Shown piece after piece: positions 39,439-48,515 of a stretch of 64,000 nucleotides of DNA. The notes beneath the pieces are model-generated. The model was not told the DNA's origin. It worked only from the letters and a program-made list of their open reading frames with translations, and did no database searches. The number at the start of each line of letters is the position of its first letter. The first letter of the stretch is position 1. This stretch comes from Armatimonadota bacterium (lineage in GTDB: Bacteria; Armatimonadota; UBA10988), in the NCBI GenBank assembly GCA_016235455.1, contig JACRKZ010000068.1, positions 1 through 64,000 of the forward strand, read 5' to 3'. The position numbers and the translations under genes were made by a program.

Positions 39439-42417
39439 CTATTCAGCCGCGTCGTAGACCTTGGTGCCGTTCTGGCGCGCGGCGCGCGCGCGGCGGTCCA
39501 TCTGGGCCAGGCGCTCATACTTGGCCTCGCGCCGCTGGTCCACCTCGCACATCTGGAAGCCCTCGGCGTCGCATTCGGGCTTCTTGGCCAGTTGGTCGCG
39601 ACCGGCGCGCACAATGCCCAGCGCCTCGGCGTAGCCCGCCGCATCCCGCTCGCGCAGCGCCACCAGCGCGGGGCTCATCTCGGGTCGGTCGAAGCTGATC
39701 TGCGGACCGCGGTTGCTACCGAAGCCGGCCAGATCGAAGAACCGGAGGCCGGTCAGTTCGCCCAGGCGGTTGACACGGTCGTTGGGCAGCGGGCAGCGGC
39801 CGGCCAGGTTGTCGGGATAGGCACTGGCGTAGCTGGGGTAGTACGGCGCGTTGAGGTCGACCCAGGTGACAATGCGGTCGTAGCTCTCGGCATCGAGCTT
39901 GACGCCGTAATGGTCGGACTCGATGGCCTTGACCAGCCGACTGGCGTGGCTGCCCCACGACTTGGCCGGCAGGTTCTGGTGTGGGCCCGCGCCGGCCACC
40001 TTGACCAGCCCCTTGCGCCACAGTTCGTTGTACGCGGCGTTGAAGGTCAGGTCGCGGTCGCCCGCCAGGACCACGGCCTTGGCACCCGCGCCGCCCCAGT
40101 CGTGACACGGCAGGCACTGGCGGTCGAAGACCGGCTGCACTTCCGCGCGGAAGCCGAACTCGCGCGTGGGGCCGTGCCATTCGCGCAGCGTCGCGGGCGA
40201 CTTGGCGGCCGCGCGTTTGGCCTTGGGCGCGCCGAGCCGGTTGTCGTGGCAGCCCACGCAGCCCGCGCGCTCGCCCGGCTGCACCAGGGTACCGCTGCGC
40301 ATGGACTGCACCATGCGGCCGCGCTCGTCGAGCAGCTGGAAGTAGACGAACTTGCCCGACGGCACGCTGAAGTACGCGCTGCCATCGGGCTCGACCGGTA
40401 CGGTGCCGAGGATGCGCTTGTTGTTGAAGTCGTGCCAGTCCATGGCCGGCGCGGCGATGCCCTGGCCGCCCCAGGCCTGCGAGGCCCAGAAGCGCTTCTC
40501 GGGCGACTCCACCACACGCAGCGTCTTCACCTCGCCGCGCTTGACCCCGGCCATGTGCGTGCCGTCGTAGACATCGTCCACGTAGAACAGGCCGTCGCCG
40601 TCGCCCCACTCGCGCCGCACGGGAATGGCCGGCGGTCGCGGCCGCGAGCGCAGCGGCATAGGATCGAAGCAGCCGGCGCCTTCGATGTGCAGCAGCGTCT
40701 CGTTGCCCCAGGTGTCGAGCACATAGATGCCCATCTGCTCGCCTTCGCCAGTCATCCGCGAGCAGAGGATGAACTGGTCATCGAGCGGATAGGGATCCTC
40801 GTACTTGGGCCGCAAACCGGTGTAGGAATCGAATCCGCCCTGGTCGACGCGATCGATGGCGCCAGCCGGCCAGGTGCGCACCACGCCGCGCTTGCCGTCG
40901 ATGGCCTGGCGCCGATCAACGATGGCGATGGCGCCCCACGGCCGGTCATGGCACGAGGTGAAGGTGCAGACCACGGTCTCGCCGCCGGGCTGGCCCGGCC
41001 GGCCGGGCATGGGCCGCGCATCGATCACGCCGCCCGGCGAACTGGTGTTGTTGCCCCAGTAGACCACGTGGTTGGTGCCGTCGGGGTTGGCCGTCCACAG
41101 GCCCTGGCCGTCACCGAAGTTGCGGTCGACATACTCCCAGCGGTCATAGAGCACACGGCCGTCGGGCAGCAGCGCGCCATGGCCCTCGAACAGCGTGTTG
41201 CGCCCGATCTGGGTGATGTTGGCGCCGTCCGGCTCCATCAGGCACAAGTTGGCCATGATGTGACGGTTGCACATGCAGTACTTGGGCTCGCGCGTGCCCG
41301 AGAAGAGGATCTGGTCGGTCGGCAGGTAGAGCGGGTCGATGTCGCTCACACCGGGCAAGCGCGTGAGCTGCCGCAGGCCCTGGCCGTCGGCACCCACCTC
41401 GTAGATGTGGTAGTCGTCCTTGATGTCGCGCCGCATGGAGAACAGCACTCGCTGGCCGTCGAAATGCACTTCCGGGTCACGAGCGATGCCGGTTGGCGCG
41501 TCAACCAGCACGCGGCTCTGGTCGCTGGCCACGTCGAGCAGCCGCAGCGAGCCGCCGCCCACGAAGCTGCCGGTGTTGATCTCATTGGTCTGGAACATCG
41601 TCTCGGTGTTGTGGTGGTCTGGGCGGTACTGGGCACGCGACACGAAGACCAGCGGGTGCGCCAGCTCGGGATGCGCGGCCAACGCCTCGCGCCGCAGCGC
41701 GGCCAGCGCTTCGGGGTCGGGGTCGGCGCCCAAGGCCTGCACCTTGGCCAGCAGCGCGGCGGCGTTCGGGTAGCGCGGGCCGTAGGCCGTCCGCAGCCCC
41801 TCGATGGCGGCCTTGAGGCTGGCCGGCGTGCCCGCACCGAGGCGGGAGTCGGCGCCAAGCACGCGCTTGTGGCTCGCCCGGAGCTTGGCCGTGGCGTCGG
41901 CATCGATGGTGCCGCTCAGGTGCACATCATCGATGGTCACATGGCCCCAGCCGCCGTTCTGGCCGTCGATCAGCCGCAGGTAGACCAGTTGCCCGACCCA
42001 CGGTGTCGCGTCCCACGTCACGCGCTGCAGCGCCTCGTCGTTGATGCCGTGGGCGGTGAGCAGCGCCTTGCCCGACACGTCGCACAACTGCGCGGCGGTA
42101 TCGGCATGGCTGCCACCGCCGACCATCAGGCGCACAGCGCCGGCTTCGAGCCGCACCACGGGTGACTCGATCACGCCCGTGTAGACATCCGAGCAGGTCT
42201 GCTGCGGTGTCTCGAGCGTGGACAGGAACCACGTGCCCTGCTTGGCGACGTACGGCTGACCCGTGTTGCGGTAGCGCTCGGGCCGCGCCAGAAGCGCGCC
42301 GAAGCTGCCTTCGGTCACCTTCCAGCCCTGCATGTCGCCGGTCTCGAAGTCCCAGACGATCTCGGCGCCCCAGGTGCAGGTCACAACGGCCACAGCCAGG
42401 CTCAGCCAACGCCACAT
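39439..42417 (-). CDS. Secreted HzsA-related (hydrazine synthase alpha middle domain-like) beta-propeller protein with two c-type heme motifs
   Basis: DGRVLYDRWEYVD, NPDGT, RILGTVPVEPDGSAYF, YFQLLD..G.MVQSMRS, CVGCH, VQPVFD..CLPCH. Confidence 0.8.
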   Translation of the reverse strand: MWRWLSLAVAVVTCTWGAEIVWDFETGDMQGWKVTEGSFGALLARPERYRNTGQPYVAKQGTWFLSTLETPQQTCSDVYTGVIESPVVRLEAGAVRLMVGGGSHADTAAQLCDVSGKALLTAHGINDEALQRVTWDATPWVGQLVYLRLIDGQNGGWGHVTIDDVHLSGTIDADATAKLRASHKRVLGADSRLGAGTPASLKAAIEGLRTAYGPRYPNAAALLAKVQALGADPDPEALAALRREALAAHPELAHPLVFVSRAQYRPDHHNTETMFQTNEINTGSFVGGGSLRLLDVASDQSRVLVDAPTGIARDPEVHFDGQRVLFSMRRDIKDDYHIYEVGADGQGLRQLTRLPGVSDIDPLYLPTDQILFSGTREPKYCMCNRHIMANLCLMEPDGANITQIGRNTLFEGHGALLPDGRVLYDRWEYVDRNFGDGQGLWTANPDGTNHVVYWGNNTSSPGGVIDARPMPGRPGQPGGETVVCTFTSCHDRPWGAIAIVDRRQAIDGKRGVVRTWPAGAIDRVDQGGFDSYTGLRPKYEDPYPLDDQFILCSRMTGEGEQMGIYVLDTWGNETLLHIEGAGCFDPMPLRSRPRPPAIPVRREWGDGDGLFYVDDVYDGTHMAGVKRGEVKTLRVVESPEKRFWASQAWGGQGIAAPAMDWHDFNNKRILGTVPVEPDGSAYFSVPSGKFVYFQLLDERGRMVQSMRSGTLVQPGERAGCVGCHDNRLGAPKAKRAAAKSPATLREWHGPTREFGFRAEVQPVFDRQCLPCHDWGGAGAKAVVLAGDRDLTFNAAYNELWRKGLVKVAGAGPHQNLPAKSWGSHASRLVKAIESDHYGVKLDAESYDRIVTWVDLNAPYYPSYASAYPDNLAGRCPLPNDRVNRLGELTGLRFFDLAGFGSNRGPQISFDRPEMSPALVALRERDAAGYAEALGIVRAGRDQLAKKPECDAEGFQMCEVDQRREAKYERLAQMDRRARAARQNGTKVYDAAE

Positions 42418-42481
42418 GGCAACGTCTCCACAGTTGACATCAGAGTACCATCGTCGCATCCTCGTTGACCAGGAGCCCGCC

Positions 42482-44521
42482 ATGCAGTACCCGGCCACCC
42501 GCCACGACGACACCGTGATCGACGACTACCACGGCACGTTGGTGCCCGACCCCTACCGGTGGCTGGAAGACCCCAATAGCGACGAGACCGGCGCCTGGGT
42601 GGCCGCGCAGAACGAGGTCACCTTCGGCTATCTGCGCGACCTGCCGCACCGCGGGCCGATCGCCGAACGGCTGGAGCAGGTCTGGGACTACCCCAAGCGT
42701 GGGCTGCCCTTCCGCACCGGCGGGCGGTGGTTCCAGTATCGCAACAGCGGTCTGCAGAACCAGAGTGTGCTGTACGTCGGCGACGCGCCCGACGGCGAGT
42801 TCCGCGAGTTGCTCGACCCCAACGCTCTGTCGGCCGAGGGCACCGTGGCGCTGGGCGGCATCGCCGTCAGCGAGAACGGCGCCTATCTGGCCTACAGCCT
42901 GTCGTCGGCCGGCAGCGACTGGCAGACCTGGCGGGTGCGCGACATCGCCACCGGCACCGACCTGCCCGACGAGCTGACCTGGTCCAAGTTCTCCGGCGCC
43001 AGCTGGAGCCACGACCACGCCGGCTTCTACTACAGCCGCTACGACGCGCCGGCGGCGGGCGAGGAGTACTCGAGCACCAACCTCAACCAGAAGCTCTGCT
43101 ACCACCGCCTGGGCACGCCGCAGGCCGATGACGTGGTGGTCTATGAGCGCCCGGATCACCCGCAATGGGGCTTTGGCGGACACGTCACCGACGACGGCCG
43201 CTACCTGGTGATCAGCGTCTGGAACGGCACGCAGCAAGAGAACGCGGTCTTCTACTGCGACCTGGCCGAGCCCGGCGCGCCGGTGGTTGAGCTGCTGGCC
43301 GCATGGGACGCGCGCTGGAGCCTGGTCGACAACGATGGCGAGCGGTTCTGGCTGTTCACCAACAAGGACGCGCCCCGCAGCCGGCTGGTGGCCATCGACC
43401 TGAGCGCGCCGGACACGCTGGTCGAACTCATTGCCGAGGATGCGGACAATCTGCTGGGCCTCAGCCGCGTGGGTGACCGCTTCTTCGCCACGTACCTGCA
43501 CGACGCCCACAGCCGAGTGGTCTGTCACGCTTTAGACGGCACGCTCCTCGGTGAAGTCGCGCTGCCCGGACCGGGCACGGTGGGCGGCTTCGGCGGCCGG
43601 CGTGAGGACCAGCGCACCTGGTACGCGTTCACCAGCTTCACCGACCCCGGCGCCCAGTATGGCTACGATCTGGCCACCGGTGAGAGCACGCTGTTCTGGC
43701 GGCCGGAACTGGACTTCGACGGCTCGCGGTACGAGACCGAGCAGGTCTTCTTCGAGAGCCGCGACGGGACGCGTGTGCCCATGTTCATCACGGGCAGCCG
43801 CCTGACCGAGCGCACCGGCGACCGGCCGGTCTACTTGTACGGCTACGGCGGGTTCAACATCCCTCTCACGCCGGGCTTCGCGGTGACCATGGTGCCGTGG
43901 CTGGAGCGTGACGCGCTGTATGTCGTGGTCAACCTGCGCGGCGGCGGTGAGTATGGACAGACCTGGCACGATGCTGGTCGCCTGCACGCCAAGCAGAACG
44001 TCTTCGACGACATGATCGCCGCGGCGGAGTACCTGTGCACCGAAGGCTACACCAACCCCGGCCGGATCGCCGTCGCCGGCGGCTCCAACGGCGGGTTGCT
44101 GGTGGGTGCCTGCATGACCCAGCGGCCGGATCTGTTCGGCTGCGCCCTGCCGGCGGTAGGCGTGATGGACATGCTCAGGTTCCAGCACTTCACCATCGGC
44201 TGGGCCTGGGTCAGCGACTACGGCAGCGCCGACAACGCCGACGACTTCGAAGTGCTGATGAGCTACTCGCCACTGCACAGCCTCCAGCCCGGCACGGCCT
44301 ATCCGGCGACGCTGGTGACCACCAGCGACCACGACGACCGCGTGGTGCCCGCGCATAGCTTCAAGTTCGCGGCGGCGCTGCAGGCGGCGCAGGGCGGTGA
44401 CGCGCCAACGCTGATCCGCATCGAGACGCAGGCCGGCCACGGCGCGGGCAAGCCCACCGCCAAGGTCATCGAGGAGGCCGCCGACCGCCTGGCGTTTGCG
44501 CTGGAGGCGCTGGGTAGCTAG
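42482..44521 (+). CDS. Prolyl oligopeptidase (S9A)
   Basis: DPYRWLED, YGYGGF, RGGGEYG, GGSNGGLL, DDRVVP, GHG. Confidence 0.95.
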   Translation: MQYPATRHDDTVIDDYHGTLVPDPYRWLEDPNSDETGAWVAAQNEVTFGYLRDLPHRGPIAERLEQVWDYPKRGLPFRTGGRWFQYRNSGLQNQSVLYVGDAPDGEFRELLDPNALSAEGTVALGGIAVSENGAYLAYSLSSAGSDWQTWRVRDIATGTDLPDELTWSKFSGASWSHDHAGFYYSRYDAPAAGEEYSSTNLNQKLCYHRLGTPQADDVVVYERPDHPQWGFGGHVTDDGRYLVISVWNGTQQENAVFYCDLAEPGAPVVELLAAWDARWSLVDNDGERFWLFTNKDAPRSRLVAIDLSAPDTLVELIAEDADNLLGLSRVGDRFFATYLHDAHSRVVCHALDGTLLGEVALPGPGTVGGFGGRREDQRTWYAFTSFTDPGAQYGYDLATGESTLFWRPELDFDGSRYETEQVFFESRDGTRVPMFITGSRLTERTGDRPVYLYGYGGFNIPLTPGFAVTMVPWLERDALYVVVNLRGGGEYGQTWHDAGRLHAKQNVFDDMIAAAEYLCTEGYTNPGRIAVAGGSNGGLLVGACMTQRPDLFGCALPAVGVMDMLRFQHFTIGWAWVSDYGSADNADDFEVLMSYSPLHSLQPGTAYPATLVTTSDHDDRVVPAHSFKFAAALQAAQGGDAPTLIRIETQAGHGAGKPTAKVIEEAADRLAFALEALGS

Positions 44522-44526
44522 ACGGC

Positions 44527-44632
44527 GCTTGAGGCGAACGGTGTCAGGGCAGAAAAACGGTGTCAGGGACCGTTTCGCTCGCGAAACGGTCCCTGACACC
44601 GTTTTTCTGCCCTGACACCGTTCGCCTCAAGC
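44527..44632. repeat. Perfect 52-bp inverted repeat (2-nt loop) with AACGGTGTCAGGG units; REP-like or bidirectional terminator
   Basis: 44527-44578 is the exact reverse complement of 44581-44632; lies between convergent genes. Confidence 0.85.
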
Positions 44633-45469
44633 AGACTCGACCGCCTGGAGCAGCGCGCGCATGGTGTCCTCGGGCAGGGCCGAGCTGTGCTTGTCGCAGG
44701 GGAAAGCGCCATCGGCGACTTCGGCGGCGTAGGCGCGCAGGGCCTCGGTGGCCAGGTCGCCGAGCTTGGCATACTGGCCGGCATGGCGCGGCACGAAATC
44801 GGGGAACAGGCCCAGCAGGTCGTGCCAGACCTGAACCTGGCCGTCGCAGCCCGGGCCGGAGCCGATGCCGATAGTGGGCACGCGCAGGTTGCCGGTGACG
44901 CGGGCGGCCAGCGGTGCGGGCACGCATTCCAGCACGATGGCGAACGCGCCCGCCTCTTGCAGGGCCAGGGCGTCGTCGAGCAGTTTGCGCGCCTGAGAGA
45001 CAGTCTTGCCGCGCACGATCTGGCGGCCAAAGGTGTGTACCGACTGCGGCGTGTAGCCCAGGTGGCCCATGACCGGCAGGCCGCGCACGGTCAGCGCGCG
45101 GACCACGTCGAGCGCCTCGTCGGCGCCCTCGAGCTTGACGGCCTGCACGCCGGCCTCCTGGAACAGCCGCGCGGCGCTGCGCAGCGCGTCGTCGACCGAC
45201 GCGTAGGTCATGAACGGCAGGTCGCCCACGACCATGGCGTGGTCGGAGCCGCGCACGACCATCTGCGCGTGGTAGACCATGTGGTCGAGGGTCACGGGCA
45301 CCGTGGTGTCGTGGCCTTGGACCACCGTACCCACGCTGTCGCCCACGAGCATCAACGGCAGCCCGGCGCGTTCGGCCAGGCGAGCGGAGGTGTAGTCGTA
45401 GGCGGTGACCATGGCGAAGCGTTCACCGCGGCGCTTGAGTTCCAGCAGATCGCCGATGGTGACTCTCAT
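44627..45469 (-). CDS. panB: 3-methyl-2-oxobutanoate hydroxymethyltransferase
   Basis: TAYDY, LVGDS, DLPF, VKLEG, GHLG.TPQS, TIGIGSG..CDGQV. Confidence 0.96.
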   Translation of the reverse strand: MRVTIGDLLELKRRGERFAMVTAYDYTSARLAERAGLPLMLVGDSVGTVVQGHDTTVPVTLDHMVYHAQMVVRGSDHAMVVGDLPFMTYASVDDALRSAARLFQEAGVQAVKLEGADEALDVVRALTVRGLPVMGHLGYTPQSVHTFGRQIVRGKTVSQARKLLDDALALQEAGAFAIVLECVPAPLAARVTGNLRVPTIGIGSGPGCDGQVQVWHDLLGLFPDFVPRHAGQYAKLGDLATEALRAYAAEVADGAFPCDKHSSALPEDTMRALLQAVESA

Positions 45470-45888
45470 GACAAGCTCCCCAGCCGGTCGAGCACCGGCT
45501 CCTCGGGCGGCAGGATGCGCGGCCGGTCGATGGCGCTGACGCGGTTGTCCGCGTCGACATGCACCAGCGTCGGCCGGAAGTCGGTCAGTTCGGACTCGCT
45601 CAACTGGCAGTAGGCGATGACGATGACCAGATCGCCGGGATGGCCCAGGCGCGCCGCGGCGCCGTTGAGCGCGATGATGCCGCTGCCGGCCTCGCCAGGA
45701 ATGACATAAGTCTCGAAACGCGCGCCGTTGGCGATATTCACCACCGCAATCTGCTCATACGGCAGCAACCCGGCGGCGTCCATCAAGTCGGTGTCGACGG
45801 TCAGGCTGCCGACGTAGTTGAGGTTGGCGTCGGTGATCGTCGCGCGGTGGATCTTGCAGCGGCAGAAAGGTCTCAACATCACGGCCAT
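45466..45888 (-). CDS. panD: Aspartate 1-decarboxylase
   Basis: KIHRAT, YVGS (Gly-Ser autocleavage site), [14 protein letters not shown]. Confidence 0.95.
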   Translation of the reverse strand: MAVMLRPFCRCKIHRATITDANLNYVGSLTVDTDLMDAAGLLPYEQIAVVNIANGARFETYVIPGEAGSGIIALNGAAARLGHPGDLVIVIAYCQLSESELTDFRPTLVHVDADNRVSAIDRPRILPPEEPVLDRLGSLS

Positions 45889-45890
45889 CC

Positions 45891-46328
45891 CTAAAGGTCG
45901 CGTGCCAGGAAGACCACCGAAGAGTCGTCCGTGCCCGGCAGATAGCGGTCGTTGAACCCGCAGATGCGGAAGCTGTTTTGCAGGTAGAACTCGATCAATT
46001 GCCCGCCTTGGGGCTCAAAGTCCATGAGCACCAGCGCGCCCAGGCCCTTGGCCGCGGCCAGCAGCGCGTCGACCAGGATGCGGCCCTGACCATGGCCGCG
46101 GCGGTCGCGGCGGATGCTCAGGTCCATGATCCAGGCGACCTTGTTCCAGCGCCAAAGCTGGCAGCCGGCCACGCCGAAAGCTCGCCCGGCATCGTCGACC
46201 AGCACCACCCAGGTCTCGTGGTCCGAGCCAAAGGCCTTCTTGAAGGCCTCGGCGTCACGGCCGGTGGCGGTGATCGAAGCGCACAGGTCGGCGTCTTCCT
46301 CGCGCGCGGGCCGCGTGCTAGCTGGCAT
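45891..46328 (-). CDS. GNAT-family acetyltransferase-like protein
   Basis: RRGHGQG acetyl-CoA loop, FY..N.F...G motif B. Confidence 0.8.
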   Translation of the reverse strand: MPASTRPAREEDADLCASITATGRDAEAFKKAFGSDHETWVVLVDDAGRAFGVAGCQLWRWNKVAWIMDLSIRRDRRGHGQGRILVDALLAAAKGLGALVLMDFEPQGGQLIEFYLQNSFRICGFNDRYLPGTDDSSVVFLARDL

Positions 46329-46794
46329 GACGCTTCCCCTCTCCGGCTACCTCGCCGGCGCGAAACTGCCGGGCATCGCCCAGGCTGTCCAGTTCCGCGG
46401 CGTACAGCGGCATGACCACCTTGGGCCGCGACGCCGAGCGCTCGTCGTCGTCGTGGCGGAAGCCACGCCCCTCGCCCAGCCGGCCCAGATCAACCGCGTA
46501 TTCGCCCGGACCCACCGGCTTGTAGGGCACCTGATGGAGCCGCCTCCCAACCGCCGGCTGCGCCGGTTCGGTCGAGGTGCCGGACCCGTCAGCCGCCGCC
46601 GAATCGGCCGACGCGTCGGCCACGAGATGCAGTTGGTCGCGCAAGGCTTTGGCCCGCGCCACATCCGCCTCGCCCCACACGCGCCAGTTGCGCCAGTCCC
46701 GCGCCACATCGGTCAGGCGCCCCTCGGCGATCCACCGCAACAGCGTGTTCTTGGACACGCCAATGCGCGCCGCCGCCTCCGCCGTCGAGATCAT
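46318..46794 (-). CDS. MerR/BldC/excisionase-like HTH protein
   Basis: TAEAAARIGVSKNTLLRW..EG.L...RD..NWRVW. Confidence 0.8.
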   Translation of the reverse strand: MISTAEAAARIGVSKNTLLRWIAEGRLTDVARDWRNWRVWGEADVARAKALRDQLHLVADASADSAAADGSGTSTEPAQPAVGRRLHQVPYKPVGPGEYAVDLGRLGEGRGFRHDDDERSASRPKVVMPLYAAELDSLGDARQFRAGEVAGEGKRHAS

Positions 46795-46807
46795 GGGTCG
46801 TCTCCAG

Positions 46808-46872
46808 GTGAGTACAGTGAGTATACTCACTATCCCTACAACTCAGCTTAGCACTGGCGGCACACCTGTCAA
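46808..46872 (-). promoter_or_regulatory. Sigma70-type promoter with downstream operator palindrome
   Basis: TTGACA (46867-46872), 16-bp spacer, TAAGCT (46845-46850); perfect AGTGAGTATACTCACT at 46816-46831. Confidence 0.65.
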
Positions 46873-46888
46873 GCAACCATGGCGGGGA

Positions 46889-47233
46889 TCAGCGCCAGAT
46901 GACGGACTCGTAGTACTGCTCGACGAACAACGTAGCGGCACGAATGTCGTCGTCGGTCAGATCGAGCTGGTGAGCAGCGACGACCACGAGCTTGTCGTCG
47001 TCGTCGTTGGTGCGGTGGATGACCGCGAGGCAGTGGCCGCTGGCGCGGTCGACGGGGCGGTCGGCGCCCAGGTACCAGGCGTCGAGTTCATGGCCATCGG
47101 GCGACAGCGTGCCAGGCACGTAGCCGTAGTTCAGCTGGTAGATGATTTCGCACCGGGGGTGTCGGCTGCCCAGCGGGCGGTCGATGACCAGGTCAACGGT
47201 CCGTCCCAGGTACGAGCGTGCGTCAGTGGTCAT
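46889..47233 (-). CDS. Short inorganic-pyrophosphatase-family protein
   Basis: IDRPLGS.HP, YQLNYGYVPGT..PDG.ELDA, DDDDKLVV. Confidence 0.8.
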   Translation of the reverse strand: MTTDARSYLGRTVDLVIDRPLGSRHPRCEIIYQLNYGYVPGTLSPDGHELDAWYLGADRPVDRASGHCLAVIHRTNDDDDKLVVVAAHQLDLTDDDIRAATLFVEQYYESVIWR

Positions 47234-47288
47234 GGTGCGGAGGAGGCCACCGGCGGCAAGGGCGCCGCCGGTGGCCAGCGGCGAATGT

Positions 47289-48377
47289 CTAGAGCAGGCC
47301 CCACAGGACCATTTCGCTGCCGAGCTCAGCGTCGATGAAGGTGACCAAGACGCCTCCGACGACTTCGCCATCGACGACCGCGATCTCGTTGCCTTGGGCA
47401 TCGCGCAATGATCCGGTGAAGATCCCGCCGTCGGTGATGGTCATGTCGCAGTTCATGCCGTTGCTGGCCAGGCAGCGGATGTGCCCGCTGACCGTCATGT
47501 CACTCTCGGCCTTGGCCCCGCGGATCGGCGGGAGGGCATCCACGCCCGCGTACTTCAGGGACTCTTGCGTGCGCACCCACCACAGGCCGGTCTCGAACTG
47601 CTCGCCAATGCTGGTGGAGCCGGTGAAGTCCAGGCCAGTGCGGTTGCCGTTGAGGTAGCCGGTCAGAGTCATCGATTCCGAGCTGCGGTACAGCAGCGAG
47701 CCATCCTCCGCGCGGACCTCCACGGCGGCGTTGTGCCGACCGCTCATCTCACCGATCATGCTTTGCAGGCTGAGCAACGTGCCGGTCATCTCGGTCTGCA
47801 TGCGCACGGTCACCACGTCGGTGTCGAGCGCATAGGTGCCGTTGACACCCAGCACGACGCGGATCGCCGCGCCGTTGGTGATGGCGGCTTCCAGCCCCGC
47901 GGCCAGTTCATGCACGCCGTCGCGGCCCACGAGCTGTGCGCTGACGCTCTGCTGCGTGATGCGGACGGTGCCGGTCCAATGCAGGCCGGTGATGTCGTCG
48001 TGGTGATCGATGGTGGTCGTGCCGGGGGTGATGGTGGGCAGCGCCTCGATTTGGCGTTGGGCCAACCGGGCCACCGTCGCGGTGGTTCGCTGCCGGCGGG
48101 TGCGCACGTCGCCCAACGGGCCAAACGCGGCGCGGGTGTCCAGCCCGGTACCCAACCAGCTCAGCGCCCACAGCGCGTTGGCGGTACCGGTGCTGGTAAC
48201 GCCGCCATCGGCCAGGCCGCCACTGGCGGTGGACACGGCCAGATCGCGCATGCTGGCCTCGTCGGCCGTCGGCGCGAAGAAGCCTTCCGAGGGCGCGCCG
48301 ATGAAGCCGCTGCCACCGCAGCCGGCCAGCAGCACCAGGGCCACCACGGCCCCCAGTTGGTAAGTGAGTCGTCGCAT
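47289..48377 (-). CDS. Hypothetical lipoprotein
   Basis: Lipobox LLAGC followed by GGSG; beta-rich body. Confidence 0.65.
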   Translation of the reverse strand: MRRLTYQLGAVVALVLLAGCGGSGFIGAPSEGFFAPTADEASMRDLAVSTASGGLADGGVTSTGTANALWALSWLGTGLDTRAAFGPLGDVRTRRQRTTATVARLAQRQIEALPTITPGTTTIDHHDDITGLHWTGTVRITQQSVSAQLVGRDGVHELAAGLEAAITNGAAIRVVLGVNGTYALDTDVVTVRMQTEMTGTLLSLQSMIGEMSGRHNAAVEVRAEDGSLLYRSSESMTLTGYLNGNRTGLDFTGSTSIGEQFETGLWWVRTQESLKYAGVDALPPIRGAKAESDMTVSGHIRCLASNGMNCDMTITDGGIFTGSLRDAQGNEIAVVDGEVVGGVLVTFIDAELGSEMVLWGLL

Positions 48378-48515
48378 GGGCTATCTCCTCGCCTCTGGGA
48401 CAGAACATGGTACGACTGGTCCGGCCCTCGCCAGAGTATGGCTCCCGCGCGAGTGCGACGCAAGGCGATCAGGCGGTCGCTCCCGCGCGTTACAATACCG
48501 CCTAACGAGGCCCCG

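Noticed and set aside
39439-42417. Evidence of anammox metabolism
   Set aside because: Only partial HzsA-like similarity, with no hzsB/C or hydrazine dehydrogenase
47481-48515. N-terminal extension of the UbiD ORF (832 aa)
   Set aside because: Overlaps the opposite-strand lipoprotein; UbiD homology begins at ATG 48516
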